Of a stretch of DNA of 32,812 bases, positions 7,722 through 15,571 are shown piece after piece. The notes under the pieces are model-generated. The model searched no databases and was not told the origin of the DNA. It saw only the letters and a list, made by a program, of their open reading frames with translations. Source of the DNA: a virus. Lineage: Duplodnaviria > Caudoviricetes. The stretch lies in IMG/VR virus record IMGVR_UViG_3300011335_000333, positions 1-32,812 of that record, one strand, 5' to 3'. The position numbers and the translations under genes were made by a program. How positions within the stretch are numbered: the first letter of the stretch is position 1; each line of letters opens with the position of its first letter.

Positions 7722-7924
7722 AAGTAATATTGGAATTTGAAACAGATACACACAACTCAAACATGATTGATGCTGTACACGCAACACAGGCATGGATTGC
7801 ACTAGACCAGATCCGTCACCTGCTGCGGCAGCGCGACAAGCATGGGGTGTCTGATGCAATTACATTGCAGAGGATTGAAGAAGAAGTAACAGACGCATTC
7901 TTTACCAGAGGATCTACAATTTAA
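7718..7924 (+). CDS. Hypothetical protein
   Basis: AAGGAG SD; TAATG overlap with primase. Confidence 0.7.
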   Translation: MKVILEFETDTHNSNMIDAVHATQAWIALDQIRHLLRQRDKHGVSDAITLQRIEEEVTDAFFTRGSTI

Positions 7925-9537
7925 TGGCCTTCATTAAGACACACGTAGGGTGTGACATATGTGGTAGCAGTGATGGTGCATCTATCAACGATGACCTGTC
8001 CTGCTACTGCTTTGTATGCAACACCCACACACCAGCAAACGGAAAGACCACGAAGGAATACAACGTGATTGATGTTGATGAAGATAAGCAGCCTGAGTTT
8101 CTGAAGAAGTACAACGAAGGAACCTCAGTGTCTGTCAGTGATCGGCGATTAACCAGCAGCACCCTGCAAAAGTTTGGTGTTGTTCGTGCTGACAATAGTT
8201 ATTATTTTCCATACTATGATAAAGATAGTAAGCTTCTTGCAGCCAAGGTAAGATCTGTAAAGGACAAGGTGTTCAGCACAGTGGGACTATGGAGCAAGGG
8301 TACATTGTTTGGACAGAACTTGTTCCCTTCACATGGCAAGTACATCACCATTGTTGAGGGTGAGTTCGATGCACTAGCAGTGTTTCAAATGACAGGCAGC
8401 AAGTGGCCTGTTGTTTCCATACGCAATGGTGCTAGCGGTGCGTTGAAGGATTGCAAGGCACAGTATGAATACCTCGACAGCTTTGAGAACATCGTTGTTT
8501 GTTTTGACAATGATGAGCCCGGCATCAAGGCTAGCAAAGAAGTTGCTGAATTATTTGGCAGCAAGTGCAAGGTGTTCAAGACTACGCCTGACTACAAGGA
8601 TGCGTGTGATTGGCTAGCTGACAGCAAGGAAGCTGCCTTCATTGACCGTTGGTGGAAAGCTGAGGGCTACATACCTGACGGTATTGTTAATGGCTCTAGC
8701 CTATGGGATGAGGTGTCCTCGCCTATGCCACCAGCAGACTGCTTCTATCCTTGGAGTGGATTGAACGAGCTTACCTACGGCATTCGCTTTGGTGAGCTTG
8801 TCACCATCACAGCAGGTAGTGGACTAGGCAAGAGTCAGGTGCTGCGTGAATTGGCATGGCACATCCTTGAGACAACACACGACAACCTTGGGCTGATGTT
8901 CTTGGAAGAGAGCATTAAGAAAACAGGACTGTCGCTGATGAGCGTAGCTGCTAACACGCCTTTGCATCTACCTACCTCTGAGTCTGTATCGTCTGCCCAG
9001 CGCCGTGATGCATTCGACAGAACGCTAGGCACAGGGCGGGTGTTCTTGTTTGACCACTTCGGTAGCACCAGTGTAGAGAACATCATTAATCGTGTACGCT
9101 ACATGGCTAAGGCGTTAAGCTGCAAGTACATTTTCCTTGATCACTTGTCCATCATTGTGTCTGCTCAGGAAAGCGGAGACGAGCGTAAGGCAATTGATGA
9201 GATCATGACAAAGCTTCGGATGTTCGTGCAAGAAACTAACATTGCCCTTATAATTGTCAGCCATTTAAAACGTCCACCAGATCGTGGACATGAAGAAGGC
9301 GCAGCCACTAGCCTTGCTCAGCTTCGCGGTAGCGGATCTATTGCACAGCTTAGCGACATGGTGATTGGGCTGGAGAGAAATGGACAGCATGAAGATCTTG
9401 TTGAAAGAAACACCACCAAGGTAAGGGTATTGAAGAACCGCTTTGCTGGTATCACTGGCCCTGCTTGTAATTTGTTGTACAACAAAGAGACAGGCAGAAT
9501 GTTTGAAGTTGAAGACGCACCTGAGGATTTACTATGA
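7924..9537 (+). CDS. T7 gp4-like DNA primase-helicase
   Basis: Zn finger CDIC...CFVC, TOPRIM EGEFD and FDND, Walker A AGSGLGKS, LDHL, SHL, LRGSGSIAQ, KNRF. Confidence 0.96.
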   Translation: MAFIKTHVGCDICGSSDGASINDDLSCYCFVCNTHTPANGKTTKEYNVIDVDEDKQPEFLKKYNEGTSVSVSDRRLTSSTLQKFGVVRADNSYYFPYYDKDSKLLAAKVRSVKDKVFSTVGLWSKGTLFGQNLFPSHGKYITIVEGEFDALAVFQMTGSKWPVVSIRNGASGALKDCKAQYEYLDSFENIVVCFDNDEPGIKASKEVAELFGSKCKVFKTTPDYKDACDWLADSKEAAFIDRWWKAEGYIPDGIVNGSSLWDEVSSPMPPADCFYPWSGLNELTYGIRFGELVTITAGSGLGKSQVLRELAWHILETTHDNLGLMFLEESIKKTGLSLMSVAANTPLHLPTSESVSSAQRRDAFDRTLGTGRVFLFDHFGSTSVENIINRVRYMAKALSCKYIFLDHLSIIVSAQESGDERKAIDEIMTKLRMFVQETNIALIIVSHLKRPPDRGHEEGAATSLAQLRGSGSIAQLSDMVIGLERNGQHEDLVERNTTKVRVLKNRFAGITGPACNLLYNKETGRMFEVEDAPEDLL

Positions 9538-9698
9538 CACGAGATGAAGTAAAAGAACTTGAAAGAAAAGCTTACATGGAAGGAGATTCCACTGTACACA
9601 AACTATGCTTGGAGCTTTTGAAACAGCGGGAAATAGTTAGAGAGCTAGAAGACTTGCTTGATGATGTTCGTGGGCAAGATGCACTAGACGATGAGTGA
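9534..9698 (+). CDS. Small hypothetical protein (54 aa)
   Basis: GAGGA SD; ATGA overlap with helicase; open frame MTRDEVKELERKAYMEGD... Confidence 0.55.
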   Translation: MTRDEVKELERKAYMEGDSTVHKLCLELLKQREIVRELEDLLDDVRGQDALDDE

Positions 9699-9837
9699 TG
9701 TAGAAAAGTTTTGGGAAGCCCTACGCGCAAAGTGGGGTGCTCCTACAAGACCATTCAATCAGCTTGATCCTATGCAACAGATGATGCTGATACAGAGTAT
9801 CAATCAAATGATTCAATTATTAAACACACCACCATGA
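9691..9837 (+). CDS. Small hypothetical protein (48 aa)
   Basis: Open frame MSDVEKFWEALRAKWG...; coupled to next ORF. Confidence 0.55.
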   Translation: MSDVEKFWEALRAKWGAPTRPFNQLDPMQQMMLIQSINQMIQLLNTPP

Positions 9838-10037
9838 CAATGAATACTCAGCGTCCCAGAACAATAGCTGATGACGAGTGGGCATCCAGATGGAATGCTA
9901 TATTTGGCACAGACGTTATCAACAAGTACGAGGACAACCATGATCTTCTTAGACATAGAAACCAATCTAGCCCACAACAAGATATGGCTGTGCGTGACGA
10001 GAAAGGAAGGGGAGGCAATTCGCTGGCGCACCCCTGA
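9834..10037 (+). CDS. Hypothetical protein overlapping the polymerase start
   Basis: Coupled ATGA start; the last ~98 nt overlap the pol gene, so the C-terminal half is doubtful. Confidence 0.4.
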   Translation: MTMNTQRPRTIADDEWASRWNAIFGTDVINKYEDNHDLLRHRNQSSPQQDMAVRDEKGRGGNSLAHP

Positions 10038-11760
10038 TGGATTACAGGAATACATAGGAGACAACATTGTTGTCGGACACAACCTCATTGGCTTTGACAA
10101 GCCTGTGTTGGAAAGAGTGTGGAACATACACATTGACAACGACAAGTGTATTGATACCCTTGTAATGTCTCGCTTATATAAACCTGACATTGATGTGGTG
10201 TCTATTGAGGGTAGCAAAGCACCATCACCACACAGCCTTGAGGCATGGGGCATTAGGCTAGGTAGCCACAAGATAGCCTTCACTGACTATGACGCTGGCT
10301 ACAGCGAAGAGATGGCTGTCTACTGCGAACAAGACACGGCCCTGCTAGAGAAACTTTATGTTGAGTTGACTACCCTTTTCAATAGCACAGGTTTCAGCGC
10401 ACAATCTATTCTGCTGGAACATGCTGTTGCCTTTATCTGCAAGGATATGGAAGACAACGGCTTCATGCTAGACATGCAGAAGACTATGGGCTTGCATGCT
10501 ATGCTGGCTGGTCGCATGTCTGATATTGAGACACAGATGTGTGAGACGTTCAAGCCCACCTATGAGACGCTGAAGACTCCTGAGTATTGGGAAGTAGTTA
10601 CTCCTGATTGGAAAGAGTTTAAGGCAGAGACTAAGGGTGAACTGCTTCAGAAGATTAAGGAAGCTGGTTACAAGGCTGGCCTAATTAAGGAGGCCATTGC
10701 TGGCCCTATGCGTGTGCGTGAACACCCCTTCAATCCCGGAAGCAGACAACAGATAGCTGAGCGCTTGATAGAGCTAGGCGTGAAGTTCAGCAAGAAGACA
10801 GAGAAGGGCAACATCATCGTAGATGAAACTGTGTTGGAAGGTATTGATCTGCCCGAGGCTAAGCTGGTGGCAGAGTACCTGATGATACAGAAGCGGGTAG
10901 CACAGATTGCTAGCTGGCTTGAGCTTGTCAAGGATGATGGTAGGGTGCATGGTCGAATCACCACCAACGGTGCAGTGACCGGACGTTGTACACACAGTAG
11001 TCCTAACATGGGACAAATACCTTCTGTTGGTAATCCCTATGGAGGTGAGTGCAGGGAAGTGTGGACTGTGCCGTTCAAGAAGAAGTTGGTTGGTGTGGAT
11101 CTGAGTGGAATTGAGCTTCGTTGCTTAGGCCACTACCTCAATGATCAGACATGGATTGATGAGCTTTTGAAGGGCGACATTCACTGGTTTAATGCACAAT
11201 CGTTTGGCCTTGTGCCTAAGGATACGGTGAAGGATGACAACAACCCTGACCACAAGAAGGCTAGGAACACCACCAAGACTCTGACATACGGCGTTTTGTA
11301 TGGGGCTGGCTCAGCCAAGGCAGGGTCTATCGTTGGTGGTAATAGCTCCAAGGGCAAGATGTTGATTGATAACTTCATTAACAACACACCCGGCCTCGCT
11401 GCATTGAAGAAGAAGATATCTAAGTTTGTATCTAGAGGACACCTGCCCGGACTTGATGGTAGGCGTGTGTGGATTAGAAGCGAACATGCTGCATTGAATA
11501 CCCTGCTGCAATCTGCTGGTGCAATCATTGCCAAGCAGTGGTTAGTGGAGGCAACCTTTGCATTGAAGCTGGCTAACATAGATGCAAAGCTAGTAGCTTT
11601 TGTACATGATGAAACCCAATGGGAAGTACCTGAGGAGGACGCTCAAAGGGCGGTAGAGATAATTGAAGCGGCTGCTGCCACAGCGGGAACAGTGCTACAA
11701 TTTAGGTGTCCTGTTAATGCCGAAGGAAAGATCGGTAATAACTGGCGTGAATGTCACTGA
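9940..11760 (+). CDS. polA: Family A DNA polymerase (T7 gp5-like) with 3'-5' exonuclease
   Basis: GAGGA SD before MIFLDIET; ExoII HNLIGFD, ExoIII YCEQD, TGR...PN, motif A DLSGIELR, motif B KTLTYGVLYG, motif C VHDE. Confidence 0.97.
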   Translation: MIFLDIETNLAHNKIWLCVTRKEGEAIRWRTPDGLQEYIGDNIVVGHNLIGFDKPVLERVWNIHIDNDKCIDTLVMSRLYKPDIDVVSIEGSKAPSPHSLEAWGIRLGSHKIAFTDYDAGYSEEMAVYCEQDTALLEKLYVELTTLFNSTGFSAQSILLEHAVAFICKDMEDNGFMLDMQKTMGLHAMLAGRMSDIETQMCETFKPTYETLKTPEYWEVVTPDWKEFKAETKGELLQKIKEAGYKAGLIKEAIAGPMRVREHPFNPGSRQQIAERLIELGVKFSKKTEKGNIIVDETVLEGIDLPEAKLVAEYLMIQKRVAQIASWLELVKDDGRVHGRITTNGAVTGRCTHSSPNMGQIPSVGNPYGGECREVWTVPFKKKLVGVDLSGIELRCLGHYLNDQTWIDELLKGDIHWFNAQSFGLVPKDTVKDDNNPDHKKARNTTKTLTYGVLYGAGSAKAGSIVGGNSSKGKMLIDNFINNTPGLAALKKKISKFVSRGHLPGLDGRRVWIRSEHAALNTLLQSAGAIIAKQWLVEATFALKLANIDAKLVAFVHDETQWEVPEEDAQRAVEIIEAAAATAGTVLQFRCPVNAEGKIGNNWRECH

Positions 11761-11794
11761 CGATACTAGTGCTTTTTTATTTAAAGGAAATTAT

Positions 11795-12205
11795 ATGGCT
11801 GATGAAATTAAACGTATTAAGATTAAATGTGATTTGTATTGGGCTCAGCTTCACAAGGTGAACGACATGAGTGGTAAGTACCAAGTCAATCTGTGCAATC
11901 TGTCTGATGCTGCTTGCGCTGCGCTGGAAGAGATGGGCATTGAGGTACGTGTAGGCGAAGGAAAGAAAGAGGAGATGGGTCGCTACATCACCTGCAAATC
12001 TAACAATCCCTATAAGGCTTTTGACGAAGATGGCGAAGAAATCGATGCCCTTGTTGGTAACGGAAGCAAAGCTAAAGCTATGGTGTCTTCTTACTCTTGG
12101 ACTTACAAGAATAAGAAAGGCGTTAGCCCGTCATTGGGTAAGCTTGTTGTCACTGACTTGGTTGCTTATGCTGCTGAAGGCATGGGCGATGATGACGTAC
12201 TGTAA
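11795..12205 (+). CDS. Single-stranded DNA-binding protein (gp2.5-like)
   Basis: AAGGA SD; GKYQVNL and VGNGS motifs; acidic tail DDDVL; lies between pol and exonuclease. Confidence 0.75.
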   Translation: MADEIKRIKIKCDLYWAQLHKVNDMSGKYQVNLCNLSDAACAALEEMGIEVRVGEGKKEEMGRYITCKSNNPYKAFDEDGEEIDALVGNGSKAKAMVSSYSWTYKNKKGVSPSLGKLVVTDLVAYAAEGMGDDDVL

Positions 12206-12957
12206 TGGCACATGCTATAGTTGATGCGGATATCATTGCGTACCGCATCAGCTTTGCTTGTAAGGATGAAACTGAGAAGCATGCTAAGTATTCCTTAGAC
12301 AATTATCTCAATGACATTCTTACAAGTGGTGTTGATATTACCTACCCTGATTGCTTTGTAGATAGTTGGAAGCTCTACCTAACAGGTAAGAATAACTTCA
12401 GAGTTGCTTTGGCAACAACAGCGGTCTACAAAGGAAACAGGACAGCACCTAAACCCGAACATCTGCCAGCGTTACGCCAGCATATGGTAAAGGAATGGGA
12501 TGCTGAGGTGGTTGATGGACAAGAAGCAGATGACAAGGTTGCTATCGAAGCTACAAGACTTGGCGATAATGGAATCATTGTCACATTAGACAAGGATATC
12601 AATCAGGTAAGTGGGTGGCACTACAACTTTGTAAAGAAAGAAGGCTACTACATCACCCCTCAAGAAGGGCTTGTTAATTTCTACAGGCAGATCCTGACAG
12701 GTGACAGCAGCGACAACATCATAGGCATCAAGGGCGTTGGCCCTATCAAGGCAGCAAAGATGTTAGAGGAATGTGAAGATGCATCCTCCATGTATCAGCG
12801 TTGTGTTGAGGCTTATGAAGGCAACGAAGAGCGTGTAATAGAAAACGCTAGGCTGCTCTGGCTTAGGCGTTATGAAGATGAACCCTTGTGGAGCCCACCC
12901 GAAAGGATTGATGATGACAGTACCGAAGATGATAAACAACACACTGCAACCAAATGA
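12205..12957 (+). CDS. 5'-3' exonuclease (T7 gp6/FEN family)
   Basis: VDAD, YKGNR, EADD, DKD and GDSSDNIIGIKGVGPIKA (helix-hairpin-helix). Confidence 0.95.
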   Translation: MAHAIVDADIIAYRISFACKDETEKHAKYSLDNYLNDILTSGVDITYPDCFVDSWKLYLTGKNNFRVALATTAVYKGNRTAPKPEHLPALRQHMVKEWDAEVVDGQEADDKVAIEATRLGDNGIIVTLDKDINQVSGWHYNFVKKEGYYITPQEGLVNFYRQILTGDSSDNIIGIKGVGPIKAAKMLEECEDASSMYQRCVEAYEGNEERVIENARLLWLRRYEDEPLWSPPERIDDDSTEDDKQHTATK

Positions 12958-13285
12958 TGTGGCAGTTATCCTGCGTCCTGAGATTGAGGATGGTAGCTGG
13001 TCTGGTAACTTTGAAGTTAATATTGGTGGCTTTGGCCCTGTTAGTTTGAACGAGAAGGACATGCAAGACCTAGTAGGTCTGGCTGTTCTTATTGCTTCTT
13101 GCATCACCAAGATGGAAGAGGACATAGAGTTTACTCGCATCCTAATGGAGCACTGTGCCACTCGACATGGTGGTCATGTGGAGGTGGCTAGTGAAGTTGC
13201 CTATGATCCCAACCATGATAGCTTCAGCGATAGTGATGACATCATGCTGACAGATGACACCAAATGTGTCGGAGGTTTGCAATGA
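12914..13285 (+). CDS. Hypothetical protein (start uncertain, 12911-12929)
   Basis: AAGGA SD at 12903; ATGA overlap with next gene. Confidence 0.65.
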   Translation: MTVPKMINNTLQPNDVAVILRPEIEDGSWSGNFEVNIGGFGPVSLNEKDMQDLVGLAVLIASCITKMEEDIEFTRILMEHCATRHGGHVEVASEVAYDPNHDSFSDSDDIMLTDDTKCVGGLQ

Positions 13286-13539
13286 TTGATGACACATTGG
13301 TAACGAGAGGTACACGCTATGGTGAGTACATTGATTTAGCCACCATCAGTCAAGGCATGAAAGATATCTTAATCACTGGCGCTAGCTATCAGTTGTGCGA
13401 TGCTGACATGCGCGAAAGCTTGGCTATGATCTGTCAGAAGATGGCTCGCATTGTTAATGGCGATCCTTTCTATCGTGATAGCTGGCACGACATTGTTGGC
13501 TATGCTAGACTGATTGATACCAAGTTGGAGAAACTATGA
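13282..13539 (+). CDS. DUF6378-like phage protein
   Basis: RGxRYG...KxARI.NGDP...DSWxDIxGYA pattern; GGAGG SD. Confidence 0.7.
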   Translation: MIDDTLVTRGTRYGEYIDLATISQGMKDILITGASYQLCDADMRESLAMICQKMARIVNGDPFYRDSWHDIVGYARLIDTKLEKL

Positions 13540-13709
13540 TCAAAGTGACAATTAATATTGACTTCTTTGTATCAAAGAAAAACCTAGCGACTTCCTTGCT
13601 TGATGAAAACACTCTCATTGAGGAAGTGACAGAGCTAATAGGTAATGCTTTGGAGTTTGAGTTTGATGCCAAAGATATCACCATTGATGTAGATGTGGAG
13701 GAACGGTAA
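13536..13709 (+). CDS. Small acidic hypothetical protein (57 aa)
   Basis: GGAG SD; open frame MIKVTINIDFFVSKK...DVEER; coupled at both ends. Not in the supplied ORF track. Confidence 0.6.
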   Translation: MIKVTINIDFFVSKKNLATSLLDENTLIEEVTELIGNALEFEFDAKDITIDVDVEER

Positions 13710-13921
13710 TGGAACTGGTTTCTTTACGAGCAGTTGAGAATGGTTTCATTGTTACCTACCACGACTATGATGAGGCGTTGCAGGAAGCAGTGGAACTAGA
13801 GTATGTTGTCCTATCTATTGATGAAGCACTAGAAACAATCAATAGCTTGATGACATTGGCTAAGGAGCAAGTTGACCTTACCCACCTTTCTGACACATCT
13901 ATTAATGCACAACGGAGGTGA
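13709..13921 (+). CDS. Small acidic hypothetical protein (ENGFIV motif)
   Basis: GGAGG SD; TAATG coupling. Confidence 0.65.
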   Translation: MELVSLRAVENGFIVTYHDYDEALQEAVELEYVVLSIDEALETINSLMTLAKEQVDLTHLSDTSINAQRR

Positions 13922-14273
13922 ATGGACAGACGCTAGATTCCGTAGCTTCATCACCTCTGCTTTGAGGGCAGCGTCTAGGCGTTGGCCCCCTAAGTACAAG
14001 GCATTGAAGGAAGCATTTGTTGGTAGACAGACCAATGAGAAAACTGGTAAGATGGCTATGCACTATAAGTGCTGTGCTTGTGAGAAGATCTTTGTTGCAG
14101 CAGATGTACAAGTAGATCATATCGAACCTGTAGTAGATCCCACCACTGGCTTTGTTAGTTGGGATGTGTATATAGCTAGGATGTTCTGTGAAATAGATAA
14201 GCTGCAAGTGATGTGTAAGCCGTGTCACAAAGTTAAAACGGCAGAAGAGAAACTTGATAGGAAAAAGAAATGA
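13905..14273 (+). CDS. HNH endonuclease
   Basis: CCAC...VQVDHIEP...LQVMCKPCH..KT. Confidence 0.85.
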   Translation: MHNGGEWTDARFRSFITSALRAASRRWPPKYKALKEAFVGRQTNEKTGKMAMHYKCCACEKIFVAADVQVDHIEPVVDPTTGFVSWDVYIARMFCEIDKLQVMCKPCHKVKTAEEKLDRKKK

Positions 14274-14626
14274 ACTTAACACTGACAGATTTCAATGAAG
14301 ATGAAGAAGGTACAGTGACTGCTATGATTAAACTAGACAGAGAAGCTAATGAACATCTGATCAACAAAGCAATTGGAACTATCCTTGAAGAGGCTGTTGT
14401 TAGGCCACAGCCAAACACAATAGTGCTGGATGAAGAGCAGGTGGAACCATTGGTTGCAAACTATCTCAAGAATCTGTATCTGGATATGGAGCCTTGGTCA
14501 GAAGATGAAGAGGCTATTAAAGACTATGAAGAACGCAAGGCTGCATGCCAAGTCATCCTTCGTTACATCATGATGCCATCTGACATTAACAAATTCTTTG
14601 ATGGGATTAAATATGGAAACGCTTAA
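14270..14626 (+). CDS. Acidic hypothetical protein
   Basis: Coupled ORF, 118 aa. Confidence 0.65.
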   Translation: MNLTLTDFNEDEEGTVTAMIKLDREANEHLINKAIGTILEEAVVRPQPNTIVLDEEQVEPLVANYLKNLYLDMEPWSEDEEAIKDYEERKAACQVILRYIMMPSDINKFFDGIKYGNA

Positions 14627-14936
14627 TATAGATCTATATCAATTCAAGGCTATGCAGTATCGGCTGGAATCTGCTGATGCCACCTATGCTTTGCTTAACC
14701 TTGGCGCTGAGGCTGGTGAAGTATTGGGTGTGGCTGCTAAGTATCAGCGTGATGGCAGCGACTATCCCACCTGTGTTGATAACATGTCCAAGGAATTGGG
14801 TGATGTTATGTGGATGGTGGCTGCTGTGGCTAGCGACTTTGGCTTACGCCTGTCTGACATTTGTGTGAATAACCTGACAAAATTGGAAGATAGGCAAAAA
14901 AGAAATGCCATAAAAGGCAGCGGAGATGAGCGGTAG
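14613..14936 (+). CDS. mazG: MazG-like nucleotide pyrophosphohydrolase
   Basis: EAGEV...KELGDVMW, N..KL..R..R..I.GSGDER. Confidence 0.9.
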   Translation: METLNIDLYQFKAMQYRLESADATYALLNLGAEAGEVLGVAAKYQRDGSDYPTCVDNMSKELGDVMWMVAAVASDFGLRLSDICVNNLTKLEDRQKRNAIKGSGDER

Positions 14937-14963
14937 TTTGGTATAACTGCTGTCCTTTTCTGT

Positions 14964-14988
14964 GGGGCTTCGGCCCCTTTTTAATTTT
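14964..14988 (+). terminator. Intrinsic terminator
   Basis: GGGGC-TTCG-GCCCC followed by TTTTTAATTTT; hairpin identical to the one at 3500. Confidence 0.8.
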
Positions 14989-15005
14989 ATTTTTCACGTT
15001 GGTTA

Positions 15006-15034
15006 TTGACATTTAAACAGTACCAATATATAAC
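15006..15034 (+). promoter_or_regulatory. Sigma70-like promoter
   Basis: TTGACA (15006-15011), 17 bp spacer, TATAAC (15029-15034); TAAGGAG SD follows at 15043. Confidence 0.6.
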
Positions 15035-15052
15035 TTCTATTTTAAGGAGTGC

Positions 15053-15571
15053 TTGATGGTGACTAAAATTTGTTTAAGTTGTTCAATAGAAAAGTCTTTA
15101 ACGTCTTTTCCTGCTCAAAAGAAAAGGGATGGTACTTTATATCATAGACCTCACTGCTTTTCCTGCAAATATTCTAAAGAAATTTTACTTGGTAGAGTTA
15201 TTAATAAAGAATATCATAGGGAATATTATTATTCAAATAAATTGGATTTGAAATATAAGGCATATTGTCATAATGATAAAGTTAAATTCAACGGAAGCAA
15301 GACCATTGAAAAGGAATTGGCTATATCTTTAATGATGCAGTCTTGTTATTATTGCAATAAGGAAAATAGTAATGGATTAGATAGAAAAGAAAATAACGAA
15401 GGCCACACAGAAACAAATGTTGTTTCATGTTGTGAAAAATGTAATTACATTCTAGGTGATATTCCTTTTGAAGCTAAGAAGGAATTATCCAAAGGATTTG
15501 TAGAGATAAACAAAAAAGGACTATTAGACAAATGGACAATACCAACAAAGAGAACAGTAACAAGGACGTAG
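15053..15571 (+). CDS. Free-standing HNH-type (homing) endonuclease
   Basis: N-terminal CxxC...CxxC; C-terminal CYYC...GLDR..N..GH...NVVSCCEKCN; visibly more AT-rich than flanks. Confidence 0.8.
   Translation: MMVTKICLSCSIEKSLTSFPAQKKRDGTLYHRPHCFSCKYSKEILLGRVINKEYHREYYYSNKLDLKYKAYCHNDKVKFNGSKTIEKELAISLMMQSCYYCNKENSNGLDRKENNEGHTETNVVSCCEKCNYILGDIPFEAKKELSKGFVEINKKGLLDKWTIPTKRTVTRT

Noticed and set aside
15053-15571. HNH gene inside a group I intron of nrdJ
   Set aside because: No upstream nrdJ exon; nrdJ is complete downstream, including the N-terminal KRTY motif; no intron core recognised
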